In this document: in pieces, positions 12,120 through 24,600 of the stretch
Position numbering within the stretch: position 1 is the stretch's first letter
Layout of the letters: each line of letters opens with the position of its first letter
Assembly: GCF_026210795.1 (NCBI RefSeq)
Contig: NC_089433.1
Span: forward strand, 2,976,001 to 3,040,000
Direction: 5' to 3'
Source: Rhizophagus irregularis
Taxonomy: Eukaryota
Length of the DNA: 64,000 nucleotides
Position numbers and translations under genes: made by a program
Notes under the pieces: generated by a model
The model's input: only the letters and a program-made list of their open reading frames with translations
Told to the model about the DNA's origin: nothing
The model's database searches: none

Positions 12120-13135
12120 AAGCCGAAACCTACAAAATTAAAGAAAGAAATGTTAGAATGTCTCTTATAGATAATTTCGAAACTTCCCTATAAACATTCA
12201 TCTACTGATTACTCACGCCTAAAGAAGCCGAAACCTATAAAATTAAAGAAAGAAACTTAACGTGATCATGGTTAGAACGTTTCTTAAAAATAATTTAAAA
12301 ACCCCCTAACACTTACCTGCTGATTATCCATGCCGAAGCAGTTTCCTATAAAAAAGAAATGAAAGAAACGTTAAAACCGTTTTTTTTTTAAAAAAAAAGT
12401 TTCGAAATTATTTTTGAAACTCACTTTGGATTCTGGATTCCACGCCGGAGCCGATTTCCTACAAAAGTGAAATAAAAAAAAAACGTTAGAAACGTTAGTT
12501 TAAAGTTTTCTGAATTAAATCTCGAAACTTACCATGGAATTCGGTATATTAGGAGCCGATTTCCTACAAAAGTCATAAAAAAAGTTAAGATACGTTTTTT
12601 AAAGTTTTCGAAAAAATAACTTCGGAAACTTACCTGGAATTCTGGTATCCAAGATGGGCCAGTTTCCTTATCTTCAGTAGACTTCCGGTATCTACGTTAT
12701 AGCCGGTTTCCGACAAAAACAATTATAAAAAATGTTAGTATACGTTTTTATTAAAAGTTTTCGAAGTCCAACTTCGAAAACTCACCGGATTCCTTCCTTA
12801 TTGGGCCGATTTCTACAAAATCATAATAAAAAAACGTTAAAACCGTTTTTTCTTTAAGCTTCAAAAATTAGTTTCGAAACTTACCTTGGAATTCGGCTAT
12901 CCACATCGGAGCGATTCCTACAAAAAAAAATAAAAAAAAACATTAGAAACGTTTTTTTTTAAAGGTTTTGAAGATTATTTTCGAAACTTACCTTGGAATT
13001 TGGCCATCCACTTTGGAGCCGATTCCTACAAAAAAGAAATAAAAAAAAGTTAGAAACGTTTTTTTTAAAGGTTTCGAAGATTATTTTCGAAACTTACCTT
13101 GGAATTCGGCTATCCACTTTGGAGCCGATTCCCTA
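12120..13135 (-). repeat. Tandem array (about 9 units of roughly 105-120 bp) of intron + micro-exon units
   Basis: Minus-strand unit: GTAAGT/GTGAGT donor, ttcgaa hairpin, aacgtttCTAAC branch site, T-tract, TAG acceptor, then an exon of about 34 nt (gaatcggctcc..gtggatagccgaattccaag). Confidence 0.75.
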
Positions 13136-13770
13136 ATAAAAAAGATAAAAAAAAATGTTTCCGAAGTAAAGGAAACTTCAGAAACTTTCGGAATAAAAAA
13201 GATAAAAAAAAGTTTTTTTAGTGAAAGTTAAAAAAAAGCTTAAATTCGGATAGCTTATTTTTAACATTAAAATGGAAATGATCACATCAGTATCAATCGG
13301 GGACTGTATACACGATTAATCCTCCTGTTTTTCGAAATACTGTACCCCTGAACCCGTTGCCTTTTCATCGCTGGTTCCTTCTCAACATCTATCCTATCCT
13401 TTAATAATTCAACAATAACGTCCATTACCCGCTTCACGTTTTTACGCAACTCCTTTTCTTCCTCTTATTCGCAAATAGAGATTGAAATCGGGATATATCA
13501 CACAAGTAAAATTTAACTAATTCGGTATGAAAAGTAAGGGGAAAAGAAATAAAAAAGGATAAGAGTTGGTTGCGAAAAGAAAAGCGGATCACCACTATAC
13601 TATAGATTGATAAATGTCCGATCATAATAATAATTTCGGGAAAATCCAAGTTGGGTAAAATCAGTGGATAGCGATACCTAATTTGGCTTGGGAAAAATCT
13701 GCGTAAACTTTATAAATTCACAAAATTATTCTAAATTATAGTTTCTTTTTACCGCAAATTTTTGTTCAAA

Positions 13771-15170
13771 ATGACTGTTAATATTAAAGAAACTTATAAT
13801 GTCAGGCCAACTCAACCAACACAACATTCACCAATAATTCTATCTAATCATGATTTAGTACTTCCAATGGTTTACATGTTTGCTCATCATTTTTACAAGA
13901 ATGTTGATAACAAAAATGATTTTATGGATCCTAGTAAACTACGTGATTCATTGGGAGATATTTTATCTGATTATTATCCATTGGCTGGTCGTTTAAAAAA
14001 AGAAATTGATGGTAAATTAAGCATTGCATGTTGTGATCAAGGTATTCCATTTATCATAGCCAAAAGCCCAGATATTACAATTCAACAACTTGAAGAAAAA
14101 AAATGGCAGCCTTCTTCAATTCCAGATCATCTTGTACCTGATTTACCTGTAACTCATGGATTAATATCACTTCCTTTGGATGTGCCATTACTTATGGTAC
14201 AACATACCACATTAGCTGATGGATCTGTTGTTTTAGGAACGGTCATGCATCATACAATTGCAGATGGTATCTCATTATTTTGTTTTTTAGATAATTGGGG
14301 ACGTAAGGCTCGTCAAGAACCAATCATTCCTCCTGTACATGACCGTTCTTTACTAAAGGCTAGTGGTAACCCACCAACTCATGAGCATCCTGAATTCAAG
14401 CTGTTTAAACTTCCGACTGAGGCTTCTCAAGCGATGCCACCGATGCCACCGATGATAACAAAATTATTTCATATTAATAGAGATAATTTAAAAAAATTAT
14501 GCAATGTTTATTCTGGTGAACATAATTTGGTTTCAGCTAATGATGCACTTGTAGCTCACCTTTGGAGATTGGTAACTAGAGCACGTGGAATTCCTTTAGA
14601 TGCAGAAGTTATTTGTGCATTTCCTTGTGATGGAAGAAAAAGACTCAAACCATTCTTTCCACCAAATTATTTTGGTAATTGTATCTTGTAAGTTAACTGA
14701 TATGTCTTATCTTAAATCGCTGATAAATTTTGATATTTATATTCCTGATATTTCCTAGAAATACGGTACTAAAAATGCTTGTTTCTGAGTTGATAAATGG
14801 ATCTCAACCAAATCTTGCACTTCAAATACGAAAAGCAATTGATAAAGTAAATGACTCAAAAATAAGATCCTCAATTGATTGGATTGAGCAACAACCAAAT
14901 AAAAGTGAAATTAAATTAAATTGTAATTACTATTGTGGCAAAGATCTTGTCTTGACCAATTGGTCTAAATTTTCATTATATGATTTAGATTTTGGTTATG
15001 GAACTCCATTAAGATTTAGCTTGAGAAGAGGAAGAAATTTGGATGGAATAGTTATCCTACTTGGAACTAAATATGATGATGGAATACAAGCTTATACAAG
15101 CTTAATTATTGAACACATGCAAAAATTAGAGCAAGATCCTGAATTTAAAGAGTTCTTTCAAATTTCTTAA
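13771..15170 (+). CDS. BAHD/transferase-family CoA-dependent acyltransferase, about 442 aa, intact
   Basis: YYPLAGRL, catalytic HxxxD (HHTIADG), DRSLL, NYFGNC, DFGYG (DFGWG-like). One intron 14688-14758 (GTAAGT...CTAG) joins the two ORFs in frame. Confidence 0.95.
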
Positions 15171-15794
15171 GTAGATTTTGTAGGTTTTCTTAAACAATAC
15201 ATGTGTCATGTAATTCTTAAATTTGTAAAAATTAAAGAGATTAAATTATTAAAAAATTATTGCTTTTGTGTTTTTTTACCAGTGAGACAAATAATTCCAC
15301 TATGAGTTAATATTATGAACATTACAGTATTAGTTTTTGCGCTAGTAAATAACATTGAGAGAGCACCCTTTAACTAATCATACTCATTTTTTGAAATTGC
15401 TGACTCAGAAGAACTTTTCCACGTATCTTAAATCATACTTAAGAATTTATTCCTGTAAATATTATAATATTAATAATCAAAAATTTTTTATATTTTATTA
15501 AAATGCTCTCATAATCTTTTATTTCCTCTAAATTAACCACTCCAATTGTTCAATCTTTAATTACAACTGCTCTATAAATTGTACATAATGGTATTTTACT
15601 AATCTTTTTACATTGGTATGAACTTTATTCCAATCTAAATTATGAATTTTTTGAAAATAAACACCCCTATAAAAAAGAATTGTCCAGAAAATATCTACAA
15701 AATGTCCGGAAAATGTCCTGGTATATTTGAGCGTGTCCAGGAAATAACCATTTTTCGTCCTAAAAAATAATCACATCATCTGTTCATAATTTTT

Positions 15795-16110
15795 TAAATG
15801 TCCAGAATATGTACAGAAAATTACTAATTGTCCGGAATATGTATAGAATTTTTTTTTAAAAAAAAATTAATAATTTTCTAATGCAGAAAATGTCTGAAAT
15901 ATGTATGGAATTTTTTTTAAAAAAAAATTAATAATTTTCTAATGCGGAAAATGTTTGGAATATATATATAATTTTTTTTAAAAAAAATTAATAATTTTCT
16001 AATGTGGAAAATGTCCGGAATATGTATGGAATTTTTTTTTAAAAAAAATTAATAATTTTCTTCTAATACGGAAAATGTCCGGAATATGTATAGAATATTT
16101 TTTAAAAAAA
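15795..16110. repeat. About 60-bp tandem repeat (about 5 copies), probable TE subterminal region
   Basis: Unit aaaatgtccggaatatgtatagaattttttttaaaaaaaattaataattttctaatgc; possible CACCC-type terminus at 15662. Confidence 0.75.
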
Positions 16111-16199
16111 TTGATTCGCTATGGATTGCATTCAAATATAAATCACATACAATAGCCAAAATGTATTTAAATACCTTACACAAGTAATTATACAATTGA

Positions 16200-16800
16200 T
16201 AAATTAAATTAATTAAATTTGTACCAAAAGTCTGTAATCCCAACAAGCAAAATTGATTCCTTGCAGGTGAACAAGAATTATAAACCCATGTAATTCCATC
16301 ATTGCACTGACGCCAAAGTTTCACGTAATCATCTTTCTTTTTTTTGTGATGCACAACAAATACGAGTAGTTTCTAAGTACATAAGTTTCTATTAATACAA
16401 TTAAAAAAATGGTTATAATTGCCAATAAATGTTAATTGTTAATAAATACTTACACGGTAAATATGTGTTGTCATGATCAATTCCACTTAAAAAAGCACGA
16501 AGCAAGGGATTTATTACATCTGAGAAATATGAACCTTCGTTCAATTTTTTGGTAAATTTATGATTTGAATAAGTACGGTTGTTCCATACTTCTTTACTAA
16601 AAATAATTAGCGCTAAATTAAATTAATCAAATTATAGTAAATTAATAAAAAAATTCACTTACAGCACTAGCAAAATATTATCAACGACTTGTTTCTGTTT
16701 AGAAGGAACCTCCTTCCATTTTGAATCATGCAAAAATTTCACAGGAACTGGTGAAAAATTAATACTATGAAAGAACTCATTTGAAGCATAATACATTTTG
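16200..16800 (-). pseudogene. Decayed multi-exon gene, possibly PD-(D/E)xK nuclease-like family
   Basis: Exon pieces KLNEGSYFSDVINPLLRAFL and DDYVKLWRQCNDGITWV..C.PARNQF..LGLQ with GT-AG boundaries; frameshifted. Family assignment is from recalled motif similarity only. Confidence 0.45.
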
Positions 16801-17020
16801 TATTTATTTCATCTCTAATTTCGGGAAGATAAAGCCTTTTGGCTCCTAATTGTAGTGCAATAATAAAATTAATTCATTCATTATGTACAGTGAAAGATCG
16901 CAAATGATAAGACAATACTAAAAAAATATACAGATAATTGCTGCAGTGATATCTCGTCTAAGGGTTTTATTAGATTCGAATTCTCATCAAGCACAAGGCT
17001 GGCTACAGGGTCCTTCCAAC

Positions 17021-17462
17021 TAGGGATTGGAATCGATTCCCATTATTAGAATCGATTCTAAAATCGATTAATCATGATTAATCGTTTCGCAAATACCGAT
17101 TTTTTTTTATACTATTTATAATAGGTATGTTTAAACACATATCACGTGATTACAAAAAATTACAGTGATTGACGAACAAATTTCCTTTTTCGGAAATTTG
17201 TACAACCTTGTGCGATAGCAACTTGAATTTTATTGGGAGATAAAATTTCCTTTTTAGGAAGTTTGTGTTCTGTCACGTGATTCGCGGGCGGAATTATGAA
17301 TTTGGCCAAAATTAACTATTATGAACAAATAATAATTTACGGTCAAATTAATGAAACTGCGCCACAATAAGTAGATTCGATTTTTATTCGAGATTCGATT
17401 TAAAATCGATTCTTATCGATTTTCGATAGTTTCGATTTTAATCGAATCTTTTCCAATCTCTA
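17021..17462. mobile_element. hAT MITE
   Basis: TIR tagggattggaa / ttccaatctcta; 8-bp TSD cttccaac at 17013-17020 and 17463-17470; aatcgat subterminal repeats. Confidence 0.93.
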
Positions 17463-20400
17463 CTTCCAACTAAGTTCCTCAATATTAATAAGAGATAATT
17501 TATCTAAAATAGAGTCGCATAATTCTACATCTTCGTCTGATTCAGGTGACTTCAATCAACAATCAATTACTTACGTTAAATTAAATAAATTAACAATGTT
17601 TTTATAGATAGCAATTGGACTTTCGTCATCACTACTGGAACTCTAAAAACGTTTGAAATCTCATTATTATATAAATTTACAAAGTTAAACAACTGCAATA
17701 AATAGATAAATACCTTATAATGTTCAAAAGCACTGATTTCATTTAAGCTTTGTACAGAATCATATACTTGTTTTAACTTAAAATAACAATACTATTAATT
17801 TCTTTAAAATTTTATGAAATTTAATTTAAAGATCTATATCAACTAATTAATTATTCTCAATTGTAAATATTTATAACATTCTTTTAATAATTATTAAAAT
17901 TCAAAATAAACTTTTTCAATAAAACTCTATTCAGACCTCAAATACACAAAAAATATTCAATGCTCGTCAAAACTATCATCAAAATATCAATTATCAAGTT
18001 TTATTCAAAATACATTTTATCAATGATACTCTATTCAGACCTCAAATACAAAATTAATATACTATTTGGTCGTCAAAAGCCATCATTCAAATCATCATCG
18101 AATACAAACTAATCATGGTTACAATATATTTTCATGAAGTATAAACGCTTTATACACTTTACACTCATGATCATGGTCTTTTATCTTTAATAAGGCCAGT
18201 CTACTGCTTTCTTTGCTTCATAAATTATAAAATCAAAACTTGGAAATTCTCCTTGAAGGGACTGAATGATGCGGAAAACAATTGTTGAAGGTGTAATTAT
18301 ATAAGTATTCGCAGAAATTCAATTACCTTCATAATATTAAAAAAACGTTTTTTATAAATTATAAAGTTACACAATCCTAAGTCATGTGGTATAATTTTCA
18401 CATCACACGTCCAATCGTTTAATTTTAAACGTGAAAATTAAAATTTGTTGTAAGAAATCAAAATTTGGTTGAAGAAATGACTAAAGCATTTGAAAATCTA
18501 TCATTATATGGTGGCTATCATCTATAAACGACAAAAATATGGTGTCTTCAAACTTTTATAAATCATAAATTAGAGTGACATTTGATAAATGTGCTAGAAA
18601 TAACAAAAATTAAATTTCAAAAAAATCGTACATAATAAATATTACTTTTTAATTTATCAAACTGTAAATTTTTAACCTATTTATAACATAATATAGCTGG
18701 ATTTTAGCCATGAACATTTGCCTCACTACTTCTGCTATGACTGAAGTTTGAAATGAATAAGACAAACCCTGCACAAGGTACTAGCCAATTGGTTAATTAT
18801 TAGTCGATCATAGACTTATTTAGTAATTGTATGACGTGATGGAAAGTATGAGTCACATGATACAGATTAAAGTTTAGCCCACAAACCTTTTTAACTGTTA
18901 GTTTCTTTTTTATTTAAATAATAAATCAATGAAGATTTATATAACATTTAGATTCCATTTATCTTACGAAGCGTAAACTTTATTAACGTGTACATTCATC
19001 CGCGTTTGGCAATACGACATATCAATAAATGGACCTAAATGTACAATAAATACTAAAATCATTGCGAAAAGAGAAATATTTTTAATGTTTGTTATTAAAT
19101 CATTAAAAATTTTTAATTGTGGAAAACTCTTTAAAAGCTACTTTAATAGAATCTTGTTTCATATCCATGATTTAAATTATCCTCCGATTTTTTCTTTCTA
19201 CATAATGCAACAAACCTTTCCCCTTAATACACACCATACACATGGTTTATTGTTCTTATTGTTCTCCGATTCTTTTCCGTTTCTTTATTTTCTTCATTAA
19301 TTTCTAAAAAAAATTTCAATATCATTTTCTTTCATTATAAATAAACCAAAAATATTTACTTTCATATTTATTATACCATTCCCCTTATCTATCCCTCGTT
19401 CTTTGTCCCCAATACATAAAATTAAAGAAAAATAAATATATCCTCTTAATGCGTATTCGTAAAAGGATTTTCAATCTATGTAAATTGAAAAATTTCAACT
19501 AAATAAACATAAATTATATATATACCAGCATTTCAGAAGATTAGGCTCTACCTAAGTAAAACTTTTTAAATCAGTATTTATATTTTTTTAGTATTGATAA
19601 ATTGTCACAAGTACTAGTGCCCAAATGGTTGTGAACAAAATAATCATGTTTATAAAAAAGTAAATCTAATGTTTCCATAAAATGTTAGCTTTTAAAAGAT
19701 GATGATTTCTACCAAATTTGTAGATTTATACGTCTAATAAAATAAAAAACTATCGTGAATTTTTACAAGCATCTGAAAAGATATGTTTAAAATTATCATC
19801 TATATTTCAATGTCTTATTGAATTGTCTGGTTTCTATATTTGTAAAATGTTTAATTTAGTTAATTAGTTTATTTAATTGATTCGTTTAATTCAACACCCT
19901 AATCCTCATTCTGATACTTATTATTTATATTTTAATTAACGCTAATTATTGAGCGATTATTTGCATAATTCATTCAAGATTCAGGTGGTTTATATTTATT
20001 CACTGAATAACTTCTGATTAAATTTTTTTGAATTCTGTAAAGTTCATTATAACTGTTTCAAATTATCAAAGCTATTAATCAAATTGCAGTTTTATGAAAG
20101 GGATTTATTTATTTTTGATGCAGTTAGTCAGATTATTAATGAATGACAATTCAATTGACATTTTCTGACTCGAATTAAATTTTGTCTTGTTATTTAATTG
20201 AGTATCTAATTACATTTAAAGCTCAAAATTTAGTTGTCACAGAATTGCCTTAATTTATAAGTTACTTAAAATACACAATACTTATTATAGTTTACTCAAA
20301 ATCTCAAATCAATTCAACCTAAAATGTATTATTTTAACTTAGAATATTTATTGTTTAATACGTCGTTGAATTACATTGTCGAAGTAAATGATTGTATACA

Positions 20401-20564
20401 AACTAGATATATTAATTCCGGTATGTAGAATTAGCAAACAATTTAATTCACCGTGATAATGGCAAAGAAACTCTACGACCAAAAACTAATTTAATTCCTG
20501 TAGTAATAAACTTACATTCTATTGATACACAGATTTTTGCTGAAACTTTCAAATCTGGCACAAT

Positions 20565-20835
20565 GTTTTAACAATATCTTTTTAACATCTTTGCGGTAAT
20601 GTTACAATTTTTTAAATGGTATCGTAATAATATAGTTATGATAATCTTAACGATAATTTTTCAACATCTCCGTGGCATTAGGTTTGATATCGTTCTGATA
20701 TCATTCCGATTTTGTAGTCCCGATATCGTGAGTATGCTATAAAAATATCGTTAAGATTATCATAACTATATTATCATGATACCATTTAAAAAATCGTGAC
20801 GTTGCTGCAAAGATGTTAAAAAGATATCGTTAAGA
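20565..20835. repeat. Foldback inverted repeat with arms of about 95 bp
   Basis: 20567-20661 is the near reverse complement of 20740-20835; a further degenerate copy runs to about 20985. Confidence 0.75.
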
Positions 20836-21189
20836 TTATTATAATTATCATAGTTATATCGCCATGATATCATTCATTAAAAATTGTAACATTATTGATA
20901 AGATATCGAAACTGTTATTATTATTATAACTATATTGTCACGATATCAATTAAAAAATCGTAATGTTATTACAAAAATGTTAAAACAATTTTATTTATTA
21001 ATAAAATACATCATATTAATATGTAATTATAATAGTCAACATAAAACAACAAAAGCAACGTAATAATCACGCCTAGTAATATTAACATTATTACACCGAT
21101 TAGTCTCGCCTAATATGATATGAAATCAAAGATGTAATGTACTGTGAGCATCATGATCAAGATAAAAACAACATTAAATAATTTTTAAA

Positions 21190-22900
21190 TTATTGTACCT
21201 GATACTAAATTACTTAGGCGCATCACCATGGTACTAAATTACTTAGGAGCATCACAACATGGTGATATCGTTACTACACTGATTAGTTTCGCCTGAACTT
21301 CGTTTCGAAATTACAACGCAAATTTCTGTGAAATTAAGGATACAAAACGCATTATGGTTAAGATAAAATTAAAGATGCAAACATTGTACCTGGTAAATTA
21401 GTTGGACAACGCAAATTTCTGTAAAATTATTAAAATTATGTACCTGGTAAATTAGTTGGACAACGCAAATTTCTGTAAAATTAAAGATATAATTGTGTAT
21501 TTGTAAATATAAAACAACGTTATAAAATTAAACATATTAAAATCGTCGTACTCGAGGTAAATACTGTTAAATTACTTAGGCGCATCACAATGCGGCGATA
21601 TCACTGCAATATTGTTACTACCTACACTGATTAGTTTTGTCTTACGTTATACTGAACTTCGTTTTGGAATTACAACGCAAATTTCTGTGAAATTAAGGAT
21701 ACAATATGTACCTTGTAAATTACTTAATTGCTAATTCGGTTAAGATCGGCAGTGTCTTACTATGTAAAATCGGGGCAAAAAAAGAAAATAATTATCTCTT
21801 GATCCAATGATCCAATTTCAATGAACTTTTTTTTGTTTTATAGATCTTGATTTCCTCAATAAAATAAAAAATTTATTGAAATTGAAATACTAAATTATAA
21901 GAAAATCGTGAAAAAGTATTTCATATTATTATTATGACTAAATTTTAGTAAATCATAAAAAAAGAATTGATTCCTAATTCAGTGATCCAATTTCAATAAT
22001 TTTTTTTTGTCTTTTAGGTCTTAACCTCTTCTTCACAATAAAAAAAAGTTTGTCAATATTGGACTGCTAGATCGGAAGATAATCACAAAGATATATTTTG
22101 CCATATCATAATCTAAAAATCGTCTGGCAAAATATGTTTTCGCAATTATCTCACGATCTAGAGGCCCAATTTTGACAAAATTTTTTTATTATGTAGAGAT
22201 TATTGAGATCTAAATAACAAAAAAAAGTTTATCGAAATTGGATCACTGAATCAGGAGATAATTGTCTGCTTTGTTATTAATGGAATCTGATCGTTGTCAG
22301 TAAAATATGTTTTTGTGATTATCTCACAACCTAATGGTCCAATTTCAATGAAATTATTTTTATTTTATAAAGGTAATCCAGACTTACAGAACAAAAAAAA
22401 GTTCATCAAAATTGGATTATTAGATCATATGATAATTATTTTTATTATTTGCACCAATTTCCCCAATTTTACATAGTAGGACACTGCTGATCTTAACCGA
22501 ATTAGCAATTAAGCGCATTATGGTTAAGATAAAAATTAAAGGTGCAAACATTGTACCTGGTAAATTAGTTGGACAATGCAAATTTCTGCAAAATTAAAGA
22601 TATAATTGTGTATTTGTAAACATAAAAATAACGTTATAAAATTAAATATATTAAAATCGTCATACCTGGTAAATACTGTTAAATTACTTAGGTGCATCAC
22701 GATGCGGCAATATCGTTACTACACTGATTAGTTTCGCCTTATGTTATACTGAACTTTGTTTTGGAATTACAAGGCAAATTTCTGTGAAATTAAGGATACA
22801 ACAATCATCGTGTCTGGTGGTAAATTACTTAAGGATATCACAACATGGCGATATCATTTACGACGCCAATTAGTTTCATCTGAAAATACAATTAATCATA
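21190..22900. repeat. Complex direct-repeat block interrupted by a MITE
   Basis: Recurring ggtaaattacttaggcgcatcac and acaacgcaaatttctgtgaaattaaggatac; 21350-21710 recurs at about 22515-22800. Confidence 0.75.
21728..22508. mobile_element. MITE with TTAA target duplication (piggyBac/Kolobok-type target)
   Basis: About 48-bp TIR ttgctaattcggttaagatc(g/a)gcagtgtc(t/c)tactatgtaaaat; TTAA on both sides. Confidence 0.88.
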
Positions 22901-23631
22901 TCTGGTAAATACATCTCTTTCTCCAGATGGTCAATATTCAACCAGCGATACCATTACAATATCATGGAGTAGTTATGCTTAACATTATCGAATTTTGCTA
23001 CAAATATTATATTAAAAAAAAATAATAATAAATATACCAAGAATTTCCGTGAAGTATTAAGAAAATATTTTCTGGTAAAATAATAATATCTACCGGTAAA
23101 AGATATCTCCAGGTATAAAACAATATTTTAAAATATCAAATTTGAACATCAGTGAAAGAAAATACAATTGGAATTGTTACAAAATGGCCATAGCTATAAT
23201 TTTGTTCGCAGCTGTCAAATAAACTTCATTTTTCAGTGTTGAAATTATACCAGAATTAAAAAAGGAATAAACATGATATTATTTATACATGATATTATTT
23301 ATTTGTTTTTAACGTGAAAAACGTATTTCATGAAGTGGAGAAAAGTGTAGACTGTAAAGGTGTGATAGTTGTCGTATCACTCGAGTTGTGAATGTTTTAA
23401 ATCTAACAAACAAAAACGATGATTGGATGGATAATCAATACAAAATCATGTGATAGGAGATTAGCATGAATACGAAAATCAATGCTATATTTTTTCTCCT
23501 CTCCTCTTTAGACGGTGAATCTGAGCCTATTGCTACGACCACATACTTTTTAAGTGGAAATTCATGTGAGTTGATGGATTTCATTGTGTTCTTCAAGAGT
23601 TCAAGTGGCTTGGTCATTCGATCATATATTT

Positions 23632-24480
23632 TTGAACTTTAAAATTAAGCGGACATTTATAAACTTTAAAAATTAAGCAATATCAAGAAAAATTCTCAAG
23701 AATTTTTCTTAAGAATGTGACTTTAATTTATTAATCGGAATTAAAATAAGCGGTATCACATTTTTAAACTTTAAAAATTAAGCAGTATTAAGAAAAAATC
23801 ACTTTAATTTATTAATTGGAATTAAAATAAGCGGTATCACATAATTAAACTTTAAAAATTAAGCAGTATTAAGAAAAATTCTTGCGAATTTTTCTTAAGA
23901 ACGTGACTTTAATTTATTAATTGGAATTAAAATAAGCGGTATCACATAATTAAACTTTAAAAATTAAGCAGTATTAAGAAAAAATCTAGCAAATTTTTCT
24001 TAAGAACGTGATTTTAATTTATTAATCAGAATTAAAATAAGCGGTATCACATTTTTAAACTTTAAAAATTAAGCAGTATTAAGAAAAATTCTTGCGAATT
24101 TTTCTTAAGAACGTGACTTTAATTTATTAATTGGAATTAAAATAAGCGGTATCACATAATTAAACTTTAAAAATTAAGCAGTATTAAGAAAAATTCGCAA
24201 GAATTTTTCTTAAGAACGTGACTTTAATTTATTAATCAGAATTAAAATAAGTGGTATCACATTTTTAAACTTTAAAAATTAAGCAGCATTAAGAAAAATT
24301 CTTGCGAATTTTTCTTAAGAATATGACTTAATTTATTAATCGGAATTAAAATAAGCGGTATCACATTTAAACTTTAAAAATTAAGCAGTATTAAGAAAAA
24401 TTCGCATATCTCCATTAAACTTAAACAGTATTAAGAAAATTCTCGCGATATCACAAAAATTAAATAGTACCAAGAAAATT
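23632..24480 (+). repeat. About 120-bp satellite-like tandem array (about 7 units)
   Basis: Unit ttaaactttaaaaattaagcagtattaagaaaaattcttgcgaatttttcttaagaacgtgactttaatttattaa..aaataagcggtatcaca. The same family recurs near 29.9, 33.5, 38.5, 41.6-42.1 and 49.9-50.2 kb. Confidence 0.9.
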
Positions 24481-24600
24481 CTTTATTAATCTGTCTTTTT
24501 GAACTTTAAAGAATCACCAAGTAACAATTCGAACACACGTTTTTCCTTGTCTATTTTAAATCAACAAGAATGAAACATCAAATATTATACTACAATAAAG

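Noticed and set aside
11691..15284. CACTA element capturing the BAHD gene (caccggtcaaaatg ... tttttttaccagtg)
   Set aside because: The TIR match is short and the 3-bp flanks differ (ttt vs aga).
17500..20500. Possible genes in the AT-rich interval
   Set aside because: Only short ORFs and scattered splice-like sites; no recognisable motif.
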